Below, piece after piece: positions 56,719 through 64,000 of a stretch of DNA of 64,000 nt (position 1 is the stretch's first letter; each line of letters opens with the position of its first letter). Location of the stretch: contig CAZPQG010000005.1 of assembly GCA_964588685.1 (NCBI GenBank), forward strand, positions 5,916 through 69,915, given 5' to 3'. Origin of the DNA: an uncultured Pseudomonadales bacterium (GTDB taxonomy: Bacteria > Patescibacteriota > Microgenomatia > UBA1400 > PJMF01). A model generated the notes under the pieces. It worked only from the letters and a program-made list of their open reading frames with translations. It made no database searches and was not told the DNA's origin. A program made the translations under genes and the position numbers.

Positions 56719-57596
56719 TGGTTAAGGCAAGCAATTTTTCTTTACTAGATTCTTCTTTAATTTTTGAAGACAATTTTTTATTGGCCATTAATAAGCCGAC
56801 TGGGATTGTAGTTAACAACTCTGCTACTATTCAGGAACCAACAGTCCAGCACTGGATTTATAAAAAATTAGGGGGAGAGCAGGGGGTAAAAAAAATAATC
56901 GCTGCCAAGAAGCAGTGGGCGAAGCTAGTGCCGTCTGATTTTGACAACAAATTTGGCACACCAAAAGAGATTTTTTTACGCCGGCAGGGACTAGTTCATC
57001 GGCTTGATAAAGAAACCAGCGGAGTTTTGCTCTTGGCTAAAGATCCGGGAACATTGGTTAATTTAATGAGTCAATTCAAAGCTAGAAAAGTTAGAAAGAA
57101 ATACTTAGGTTTAGTGCATGGAAAAATGAAGGTGGATAGCTCTGCTGTTAATGCTGCTATTGCTAGATCTAAGGCCAACCCATTTCAGTTTAGGGCAGAA
57201 ATAGACGGCCGAGCTGCCACTACTTATTATCGAGTTATTGACTTTTTCCCCGGCTTAGCAGTCAGCAGAATTAAAGATATTAGCAAGAAAAATAGGAATA
57301 AAATTATAAAGAATATTAATTCTTATCAACAAGGCTTTTCTTTACTGGAATGTATTCCCAAGACCGGGCGTACCCATCAAATTAGAGTCCATTTGGCTCA
57401 TTTAAACCATTCTATTGTGGCTGACAAGACTTATTCTGGTAAAAAAAGAAGCCGTTTGGATCGACGCTGGTGTCCTCGGCAATTTTTACATGCTTGGCAG
57501 CTGCAATTTAAGCATCCTCACACCAATAACAAGAAAACTATTAAAGCCGAGCTGCCTTCAGATTTGGCAACAGTGTTGGATTATTTAAAGGCCTAA
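56718..57596 (+). CDS. RluA-family pseudouridine synthase (RluD-like).
   Basis: HRLDKETSGVLLLAKD is the catalytic Asp motif. TGRTHQIRVHLA. Its start overlaps the lgt stop by 1 nt. Confidence 0.8.
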   Translation: MVKASNFSLLDSSLIFEDNFLLAINKPTGIVVNNSATIQEPTVQHWIYKKLGGEQGVKKIIAAKKQWAKLVPSDFDNKFGTPKEIFLRRQGLVHRLDKETSGVLLLAKDPGTLVNLMSQFKARKVRKKYLGLVHGKMKVDSSAVNAAIARSKANPFQFRAEIDGRAATTYYRVIDFFPGLAVSRIKDISKKNRNKIIKNINSYQQGFSLLECIPKTGRTHQIRVHLAHLNHSIVADKTYSGKKRSRLDRRWCPRQFLHAWQLQFKHPHTNNKKTIKAELPSDLATVLDYLKA

Positions 57597-57606
57597 AGGT
57601 TATTGA

Positions 57607-57668
57607 GGCAGCCCGGATTAAGGCAGCCCGGATTAAGGTTGCCGGGATTAAGGTTGCCCGGGCCTAAA
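57607..57668. repeat. 15-bp tandem repeat: GGCAGCCCGGATTAA, GGCAGCCCGGATTAA, GGTTGCCGGGATTAA, then GGTTGCCCGGGCC. It lies between rluD-like and nfo.
   Basis: Seen directly in the sequence: 3.5 units, each with a palindromic GCCCGG/CCGGG core. Confidence 0.6.
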
Positions 57669-57699
57669 AAGGTATTTTTAAGAGCCGGGGGTAGGCGAG

Positions 57700-58596
57700 T
57701 TGCTGAAGATATCCAACTTTCATCATTTTATGATTGATTTCAAAATTGGGGCGCATGTTTCTATAAAGGGAGGGCTGCATCTTGCTGTAGAGCGAGCAGC
57801 GGCTATAGGTTGTAATTGTATGCAGGTTTTTTCGGGAAATCCTCGGTCATGGCAAAGGTCTATGTTAGCTGACGAAATTGTCAAAAAAATGTTTGCAAAA
57901 CAGCAAGAATTAAAGGTAGCGTCAATATTTATTCATGCTTCATATTTAATTAATTTGGCTTCTGATAAACAAGAACTTGTTGCTAAATCTGTTCGGTCGT
58001 TGATCTTTGATTTACGCGTTAATAGTTTGGTAAAAGGTTCGGGAGTGATTGTACATTTAGGCAGCCATCAAGGTAGAGGTTGGGCTGCTGCTAAAACTCA
58101 AGTAAAAGAGGCGATTAATGAAATTTTAGCCCAAACTCCTCAAGATAGTGTTTTGTTGATTGAAAATTCAGCTGGCCAAAAAGGCAAAATTGCTTCCGAT
58201 TTGAAGGAAATTAAATGGTTTTTAGATCAATTGCAATCGTCTAGAATCGGTTGGTGTGTCGATACTAGCCATAGTTTTGCTGCCGGTTATCCATTGGTTA
58301 AAAGTTCTGTTTTTAATCAAAAATCAAATAATCAAGATCTGATTAGTACTATTACGGCTCTAAAACTTGACACTGCTCTTAAATGCATTCATGTTAACGA
58401 CAGTAAGACCGCTTTCAATTCAGGCCGGGACCGCCATGAAAATATTGGTGATGGCTTAATTCCCCGCCAAGACTTACGTGGTTTTTTACGGAATAACTTA
58501 TTTCGCCATATGCCAATGATTGCTGAAGTGCCGGGTTTAGACGGCACTGGTCCGGATAAAGAAAATATTAAAAGACTCAAGGAGATTGTGAGTTAA
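57700..58596 (+). CDS. nfo: Endonuclease IV (AP endonuclease family 2). The start is probably MIDFKIGAH near 57730.
   Basis: IGAHVS.KGGL...HASYLINLAS...VVHLGSH...IENSAGQ...HVNDSK are the Endo IV metal-binding blocks. Confidence 0.85.
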   Translation: MLKISNFHHFMIDFKIGAHVSIKGGLHLAVERAAAIGCNCMQVFSGNPRSWQRSMLADEIVKKMFAKQQELKVASIFIHASYLINLASDKQELVAKSVRSLIFDLRVNSLVKGSGVIVHLGSHQGRGWAAAKTQVKEAINEILAQTPQDSVLLIENSAGQKGKIASDLKEIKWFLDQLQSSRIGWCVDTSHSFAAGYPLVKSSVFNQKSNNQDLISTITALKLDTALKCIHVNDSKTAFNSGRDRHENIGDGLIPRQDLRGFLRNNLFRHMPMIAEVPGLDGTGPDKENIKRLKEIVS

Positions 58597-58816
58597 TAAT
58601 AATTAGTAATTAATAAGTTGCAAGTTAATGAGAGCCAGTAATTAACAAGTTGCTAAGAAATTTTGAATTTTAGACTTTTTATGCTATACTTTCATCCTCT
58701 GCAGGAGATATTATATTATTAATTTAAGCTTGTTTAACTTCTCTCCTGAGTCCTGAATTTAAGTTAAACAAACATTTCCTTGCTTTAATAAAGCGGGAAA
58801 AAACAAGGACGCTATT

Positions 58817-59791
58817 ATGACTAAAATAAATCTTTCCAAACTACCTGATAAGGCTCCTGATTATGATTTACGGGATTTGTTAGAGGCTGGCTGTCATTTT
58901 GGACACCAGCGCGACAAATGGAACCCGAAAATGGCGGAATATGTATATCGTGATAAAGAAGGGGTTAATATTTTTGATTTAGCAAAAACAGCGGAGCAGT
59001 TAAGCTTGGCTTACAACTATTTTTATCAATTGGGCAAAAAGAATAAAAAGGTTATTATGGTTGGCACTAAACGCCAAGCAAGAAAGGCTGTTCGGGAAAC
59101 AGCTCAAGATGCAGGCATGATGTATATTTCTTCACGGTGGCTGGGAGGTTTTTTAACAAACTGGAAGCAAATTAAACAATCTTTGGATAAATTAAAAACA
59201 ATGAAAGATAATTTTGAAAAAGACGAGTATGACAATTTAACTACTTATGAGCAAGCTCAGCTTAAAAAAGAAATAACTAGGCTGGAGAGATTTTTTGAAG
59301 GTATAATGGATTTGAATTCCCGTCCGGATGTTATCTTTGTAGTTGATCCTGTTAAGGAGGATATAGCGGTTAAAGAGGCAAATTTGATGGATGTTCCCGT
59401 TGTGGCAATTGCAGACAGTGATGCTAATCCTGATTTATTAAAGATTACAATTCCGGCTAATGATGATGCAATTAAAAGTGTCAGTTTTTTGGTCAAGCAA
59501 ATAGGCGAGGCTTATAAAGCCGGCAGTGAAGGGGAGTTGGTTAAGAAAAAACAAGCTGGTAAAAAATCCGGCGAAAAAGAGTCAGTTGAGAAAGAAGAAC
59601 AAAAAAAGGAAGAGCAAGCTGGCAAGGAAAAAAAGCAAACTGATAAAAAAGAAAAAGCTGAACCCGAAAAAAAAGATGAAAAAGAACCAGTTGACCAGAA
59701 TAAGAAGGACAAGGAAACTGACCAGAATAAGAAAGGCAAGAAAAAAGAAAAACCTGCCAAAGATGAAAAAGATATCAAAGATGAAGAGTAG
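58817..59791 (+). CDS. rpsB: 30S ribosomal protein S2 with a K/E-rich C-terminal extension of about 80 aa.
   Basis: LLEAGCHFGHQRDKWNPKMAEYVY...GVNIFDL. The tail is KKKQAGKKSGEKE...KDEE. Confidence 0.9.
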   Translation: MTKINLSKLPDKAPDYDLRDLLEAGCHFGHQRDKWNPKMAEYVYRDKEGVNIFDLAKTAEQLSLAYNYFYQLGKKNKKVIMVGTKRQARKAVRETAQDAGMMYISSRWLGGFLTNWKQIKQSLDKLKTMKDNFEKDEYDNLTTYEQAQLKKEITRLERFFEGIMDLNSRPDVIFVVDPVKEDIAVKEANLMDVPVVAIADSDANPDLLKITIPANDDAIKSVSFLVKQIGEAYKAGSEGELVKKKQAGKKSGEKESVEKEEQKKEEQAGKEKKQTDKKEKAEPEKKDEKEPVDQNKKDKETDQNKKGKKKEKPAKDEKDIKDEE

Positions 59792-60002
59792 TTTAGTTTT
59801 CTATTCATCACTCAATATAATATACTGCTTATTAATGGTGTTAATCAGGAGATAGAGCAATAAGTTGAACGGCTGGTAATAACTAGCAATAAGCGGTTGG
59901 CAATAATTAGACTAGTAATAATTAGAGCAGTAATAGTTGCTTTATCTACATTTTTATATCTCAGATAGTTAATAAATTTATAATAAAATAAGGTAAGAAG
60001 TT

Positions 60003-60467
60003 ATGAAAAAAAATAAACTTGATGTAAAAGCTATTAAAAAGCTGAGAGATGAAACTGGAGCTCGAATGATAGATTGCAAAAAAGCTTTGGAAGAAGCAGA
60101 AGGTGATTTTGATGAGGCGATTGAGATAGTTGAAAAAGCGGGTTTGGCTAGGGCAGAGGAGGTTCAGAAAAGAAAAGCCGGAGCAGGTTTAATTGAAAGT
60201 TATGTTCATAACAACGGCAAAATTGGAGCTTTAGTGGAACTGCATTGTGAGACAGATTTTGTAGCTAAAAATAATGAGTTCCGAACACTGGCCCGAGATA
60301 TTGCGATGCAAGTAGCAGCCATGAAGCCACAGGATGTGGATGAGCTTTTAGAGCAGGAGTTTATTAAAGATTCTACGGTTACTATTAAAAGATTAATTAA
60401 GAGGTTGAGCGGCAAGATTGGTGAGAAAATGAAAGTTGAACGTTTTGTTAGGTTTTCTTTAGATTAA
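60003..60467 (+). CDS. tsf: Elongation factor Ts, short form (154 aa).
   Basis: IKKLRDETGARMIDCKKALEEAEGDFDEAIE (UBA-like N-terminus). YVHNNGKIGALVELHCETDFVAKN. Confidence 0.8.
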   Translation: MKKNKLDVKAIKKLRDETGARMIDCKKALEEAEGDFDEAIEIVEKAGLARAEEVQKRKAGAGLIESYVHNNGKIGALVELHCETDFVAKNNEFRTLARDIAMQVAAMKPQDVDELLEQEFIKDSTVTIKRLIKRLSGKIGEKMKVERFVRFSLD

Positions 60468-60569
60468 GTTAGCCTAATTTTAGAAAAAGTTGTTGCGAGA
60501 CAAGTATAATTTCTAGTTTAAATTAAAATAATTTAATTTTAAAAATATCTCAACTGTCCAGCTGCATAA

Positions 60570-61532
60570 TTGCATCTTATGAGAGATTTTGCCAGCAAAT
60601 CTGCTAATAAAAAAAAGAGAAAAACACTAGTTGCTTTTTTAAAAAGCTGCGTTGCTTTTTTTATAAAATTTATTAAATTAAGTTTAACTCTCCTGGCTAG
60701 CTTATTGTTGTTCGGCTTGCTTGTTTGGGTAATTTTACCTCACTTAATAACACCTCAGCACCACAGAAGTATTGTATTCATTAATTATATTGAAAATGGA
60801 TATGAAGGTGAAATGTTATTTGCATCATTTGATGCTGATATTAATAAAATTAAGGCTTATTTAATCACCCAAGAACATCAAGCCAACTTTATTAATGAAC
60901 AGACACGATCTGTTGAGTCTATTGCTTTTAATACAGCAGTTGAAGATTTAGAAATTGAAAAAATTAATACCACGCAGATTTCGTGGTTAACAGGCAGAGT
61001 AGTGAATGAGGTGGTGTTATTATCGGGCGAAAAAGGTATTGAGCTGTCAAAGCTGCATAATTTAACACGATTATTGAAAGAAAAACTGTTTTCTGATTTA
61101 GCTTCTGTTAAGAAAATTGCAGATATTAAAAAAATGCAAGAGCTTTTTTACCTCTTACTAGTGTTAAGAAAAATGGATTATGACTTTATTCCTCAAGAAA
61201 GCAATTTGCCTCAAACTGCAGTCTTACCTGATAATTGCGCAGCAGCTGTTATTAATACTACTGATATTGTTGACTACGCCTCAACGTTTACTTCAATTTT
61301 AGAAACAAGTGGGGCTAGAGTGATAAGAGTTGATACCGGTTTTCAAGATCGGACGTATGAACAATCTGTCTTAGCTTTTAATCAAGAAAAGAAAGCTTGC
61401 AATTTATTGGCTGAGCTTTTGCAAGAGAATCTTTTTATCCAACCACTACAGCAAATTAGAGGTCCGCAAGCAGAATCTCTTTTAAATCGCTATCGGGCTG
61501 ATTTAATTATTTTATTGGGAGCTAATTATTGA
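60570..61532 (+). CDS. Membrane-anchored hypothetical protein.
   Basis: N-terminal TM segment. No motif recognised. Confidence 0.3.
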   Translation: MHLMRDFASKSANKKKRKTLVAFLKSCVAFFIKFIKLSLTLLASLLLFGLLVWVILPHLITPQHHRSIVFINYIENGYEGEMLFASFDADINKIKAYLITQEHQANFINEQTRSVESIAFNTAVEDLEIEKINTTQISWLTGRVVNEVVLLSGEKGIELSKLHNLTRLLKEKLFSDLASVKKIADIKKMQELFYLLLVLRKMDYDFIPQESNLPQTAVLPDNCAAAVINTTDIVDYASTFTSILETSGARVIRVDTGFQDRTYEQSVLAFNQEKKACNLLAELLQENLFIQPLQQIRGPQAESLLNRYRADLIILLGANY

Positions 61533-61581
61533 AAAGCCAATTATTGAAAAGCTAATAAATCAATTACCAAGGATCGGCCTG

Positions 61582-62295
61582 CTAATTATTAGTAATAGGA
61601 TAGTTGGTTGATAAATTAGTTAAATTATCTTCTTCTAATTTTTTATTAACCGGGAAAGAAGTAACGCCTTTGTTTTCCTCTGAAACTTTGCTTTCTTTTA
61701 CTAAAACTTTGCACTCTCTTTTTTCCGGGTTAATAGAATGAATAGTGCATTCATATTCATTATTTTTTTTAATTAATTTAATTAATCTTGAGGAAATTTT
61801 TTGCGGCAAAGTTCCTAAATATTGCGATTGAGTACTCTTATCAGCTGCCTTAGTGTCAGTTGTATATATTGAAATATATTTATTTTTTGGTTCTAACACA
61901 CAATTTTGCCCCATAGATAATTCAGACAATGTTTTTTTGTCCGCAGTTCTAGTGAGCGCTATTACTTGAGATTTGCCCGGTTCTTCAATGTAAGCTGGAT
62001 TTTGATTAAATTGAATAGTCGGTCCGGTGCTTTTTTTCTTAGCCCGCTCAAGATTTTTGGCGGCAATTTTATTATGTTTATCAAGTCGTAAAATCTGTTT
62101 TAATAGTTTTTCTGCAATTCGGTTATGCCCCAATTGCATTCGAGCCAAGGCTAATCTATTCAGAGCACTGATGTTATGAGCGTCTATTTCTAAAATTTCT
62201 TTATTAATCTCTTTGGCAAGCCTCCAATCCTTATTTTTTGCCGCTGCGATCGCTTTTTTAGTTAAAGGGGCAATATTTCTCATAATATAATGCAT
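61582..62295 (-). CDS. Hypothetical protein with an N-terminal TPR-like region.
   Basis: ORF only. Helical repeat pattern (ALNRLALARMQLGHNRIAEKLLKQIL). Confidence 0.3.
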   Translation of the reverse strand: MHYIMRNIAPLTKKAIAAAKNKDWRLAKEINKEILEIDAHNISALNRLALARMQLGHNRIAEKLLKQILRLDKHNKIAAKNLERAKKKSTGPTIQFNQNPAYIEEPGKSQVIALTRTADKKTLSELSMGQNCVLEPKNKYISIYTTDTKAADKSTQSQYLGTLPQKISSRLIKLIKKNNEYECTIHSINPEKRECKVLVKESKVSEENKGVTSFPVNKKLEEDNLTNLSTNYPITNN

Positions 62296-62430
62296 GATTG
62301 CTATCTAGGTCAGTTTGAGTCAAAGAATACTGATTTTTAGGCGAATTGTCAAGCATGATAAAATAAAGGTGTAATAAAGCAAGGGTTAAATTTTAAACTA
62401 ATTATTAATTATCATAGGATTTATCAAATT

Positions 62431-62985
62431 ATGGCAGGACATAGCAAATGGTCTAATATTAAACATAAGAAGAAAGCAGAGGATCGTAAAAGAGGTAAAA
62501 TTTTTAGTAAATTGTCTCGAAAAATTAGAGCTGCTGTTAGAGAAGGGGGGACTGATCCTGAAACTAATGTTAATTTAAGAACTTGGCTGGATAAAGCTCG
62601 AGACGCTAATATGCCAAAGGAAAATGTACAGCGAGCGATTGACGCCGGAGCTGGCAAAGGAGAGAATGGGCCGCTGCAGGAAGTGGTTTATGAGGCTTTT
62701 ACTCCTTTCGGCGCCGGAATGTTAATTGTGACTACTACAGATAATAAAAATAGAACTACAGCTAAGATTAGGAATGTGCTGACTGAAGCCGGAGGATCGC
62801 TTGGAGCTCCCGGTTCGAGCAGCTATATGTTTAAGCGAACTGATCAAGGTAAATACCAAGCAACTATTACTGTCCCCCAAGACGATGAACAAAGGAAAAA
62901 TTTAGATGCTATGATAGAGAAGTTGTTGGAACTGGAAGATGTGACAGATATTTATTGCGCAATAGACGGTTGGGAAAGTCCTTAG
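62431..62985 (+). CDS. YebC/PmpR-family (DUF28) transcriptional regulatory protein, shortened (184 aa).
   Basis: MAGHSKWSNIKHKKKAEDRKRGKIFSKLSRKI is the canonical YebC N-terminus. The middle subdomain appears reduced. Confidence 0.8.
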   Translation: MAGHSKWSNIKHKKKAEDRKRGKIFSKLSRKIRAAVREGGTDPETNVNLRTWLDKARDANMPKENVQRAIDAGAGKGENGPLQEVVYEAFTPFGAGMLIVTTTDNKNRTTAKIRNVLTEAGGSLGAPGSSSYMFKRTDQGKYQATITVPQDDEQRKNLDAMIEKLLELEDVTDIYCAIDGWESP

Positions 62986-63033
62986 CTTTTGATAATTATT
63001 ATTAATAAAATATCTTAACTATTTAATTAACCA

Positions 63034-63801
63034 ATGAGGCGAAGAGAAAAATTTGTACTTTCTACTATCTTTTTATCAATATTGTTTTTTGCCATTCAAT
63101 ATGTGAGCTTAGATTGGCGCTATCTGGCTATTGCCGGTTTAACGGTTGTGACTTATATTGTGGCTTCTTTTGCTTTGTCAGACGATTTAGAGTTTCATGA
63201 GCGCTTAACTATTGTGCCGCTGCCGACTATGTATGCCATGGCAGTGGCATTATTTTACTTTTTATTACCGGATAATTTTTTAAGCCAATTATTAATTTTA
63301 ATTTTATTCAGCATCGGACTTTATGCCTTATTTTTAACAGCTAATATTTACTCTGTTGTTAAGGGCAAAACAATTCAGTTATTGTATGCAGCCCGCACCA
63401 TCGGTTTTTTCTTTACACTTTTAACTTCTTTATTACTTACCAATACTATTTTATCTTTAAATTTACCTTTCTGGGCAATAGGGTTGTTGGTGGGATTGGC
63501 TCATTTCCCTTTACTTTTCATATCTTTGTGGGCGGTTAATTTTGAAGATTTTATTGCTAAAGATATTTTAATTTATTCTTCAGTCATCAGTTTATTTTTG
63601 ATGGAATTTGCCATCTTATTATCTTTGATTCCAATGCCAGTGTGGAATGCTTCTTTATTCGTGATCGGGGTCGTTTATTTAGTATTGGGTTTGCTGCAAT
63701 CTTATTTAAGAGGCAGGTTGTTTAAAAATACTATAGCTGAATATTCTTTAATGGCCGCTATTTTAGCTTTTCTCTTCATCATTTTTTTTCCTTTTAAGTA
63801 A
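63034..63801 (+). CDS. Polytopic membrane protein, hypothetical.
   Basis: About 7 TM helices. No motif recognised. Confidence 0.35.
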   Translation: MRRREKFVLSTIFLSILFFAIQYVSLDWRYLAIAGLTVVTYIVASFALSDDLEFHERLTIVPLPTMYAMAVALFYFLLPDNFLSQLLILILFSIGLYALFLTANIYSVVKGKTIQLLYAARTIGFFFTLLTSLLLTNTILSLNLPFWAIGLLVGLAHFPLLFISLWAVNFEDFIAKDILIYSSVISLFLMEFAILLSLIPMPVWNASLFVIGVVYLVLGLLQSYLRGRLFKNTIAEYSLMAAILAFLFIIFFPFK

Positions 63802-63844
63802 GAATTTAGTTTTAAAGAATTACAACTGGTCAATTTACCTCTAG

Positions 63845-63951
63845 TTAATTCTGATTATACCTCGCAGTTAATTCTGATTATACCTCGCAGTTTGGCCATA
63901 TTTAACGGATAAAACACTGAGGGCCCTCCCTCAAAATTTATTAACAGGCAG
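63845..63951. repeat. Second, shortened copy of the 3668-4077 element. The 23-bp module TTAATTCTGATTATACCTCGCAG is tandemly duplicated (63845-63867 and 63868-63890). AAAACACTGAGGGCCCTCCCTCAAAATTTATTAACAGGCAG follows at 63911-63951. The window ends 49 bp later.
   Basis: Direct comparison by eye. The two loci share the end modules but not the hairpin-rich roughly 300-bp core, nor a 37-bp segment present in copy A. Confidence 0.55.
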
Positions 63952-64000
63952 TTTGGTTGGTTTACTTGGCGGTTATATCGGGGGCAGCAGCTGATCAGTA

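Noticed and set aside
57607-57668. Possible CRISPR array.
   Set aside because: The repeat unit is only 15 bp with no spacers between units, and there are only 3.5 copies. No cas genes are present anywhere in the window. The array is a minisatellite, not CRISPR.
25-62657. Many short ORFs in the supplied track lie antisense to, or out of frame within, well-supported genes. Examples: 25..255, 1063..1263, 2001..2186, 2718..2900, 3042..3242, 4381..5152 (four ORFs), 6480..6824, 6574..6762, 7348..7845, 10053..10679, 13571..13801, 15359..15562, 16586..16786, 19505..19744, 23634..24194, 25053..25238, 25817..26014, 28872..29054, 30371..31026, 31273..31792, 32455..32855, 33471..33656, 38351..38566, 39699..39899, 43425..43744, 44202..44462, 45618..46080, 46220..46668, 47237..47482, 48092..48398, 50748..50954, 51119..51322, 52284..52526, 54929..55129, 55621..55830, 58389..58580, 59257..59855, 60206..60415, 62424..62657.
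   Set aside because: Each overlaps a longer ORF carrying clear family motifs, or a tRNA in the case of 51119..51322 and 55621..55830. They have low-complexity or repetitive translations typical of spurious frames in AT/GC-skewed coding DNA. None shows a motif of its own.
3668-63951. Directly repeated modules at 3.7 kb and 63.9 kb as attL/attR of a roughly 60-kb integrated element.
   Set aside because: The intervening DNA is core housekeeping sequence (topA, dnaB, rpsB, tsf, hisS, cysS, prfA and others). It has no integrase, transposase or phage genes. A dispersed repeat family is the more plausible explanation.
1-64000. Alternative genetic code (UGA read as an amino acid, as in some candidate phyla).
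   Set aside because: The long conserved genes (topA, mrdA, dnaB, cysS, hisS) are intact in the standard translation supplied. The genes I checked end in TAA or TAG at the expected positions, which is consistent with code 11. I did not exhaustively tabulate stop-codon usage.

Overview
This 64 kb window is a gene-dense chromosomal segment at about 40% GC, made up mostly of housekeeping genes. The gene content suggests a small-genome, possibly host-associated bacterium (Patescibacteria/CPR-like), but that placement is inference: it rests on a short EF-Ts, a short YebC, no rplI after rpsR, many Q/K/E-rich low-complexity proteins, and K/E-rich tails on ribosomal proteins. All calls come from reading motifs in the supplied translations and the raw sequence by eye; no database search was run.

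Genes I can support, in order:
- def, truncated at the window start.
- An HD-domain protein, and an O-antigen-ligase-like membrane protein with TPR repeats.
- The cell-shape cluster mreB-like/mreC/mreD/mrdA, then dprA, topA and nadD.
- A GT4 glycosyltransferase, thyA, and a DUF5320/DUF134 pair.
- A dCMP-deaminase fusion.
- A four-gene module: HIT(HxHxQ) / RfaE-II-like nucleotidyltransferase / APH-like kinase / CofE-like.
- Two S41 peptidases and htrA.
- A DHFR-family protein, dut, tmk, recR, hpf and cysS.
- An alpha/beta hydrolase, radC, an XRE regulator, tgt and a GT-C membrane glycosyltransferase.
- A CPYC glutaredoxin-like protein, pyrE, pyrF and ychF.
- rpsF-ssb-rpsR (rpsR was missed by the ORF track).
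- A CarD-like protein, prfA (RF1, judged from its PxT motif), rpmE, an EamA transporter and hisS.
- tRNA-Ala(CGC), dnaB, tRNA-Leu(CAA), lgt, rluD-like, nfo, rpsB, tsf and yebC.

I found no CRISPR array, transposase, integrase, reverse transcriptase or recognisable defence system. The genes look like standard code 11.

The most unusual signals are:
- A hairpin-dense structured intergenic element of about 410 bp (3668-4077), with a shortened second copy sharing its end modules at 63845-63951.
- A nucleotide-activation/kinase/ligase gene module of unclear pathway (19841-23218).
- A deaminase fused to an unknown N-terminal domain.
- A DUF5320+DUF134 pair.
- A giant Q/P-rich disordered protein immediately upstream of an MreB carrying an insertion.
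- A low-GC ORF that looks foreign.
- Several short tandem and direct repeat arrays in intergenic regions.
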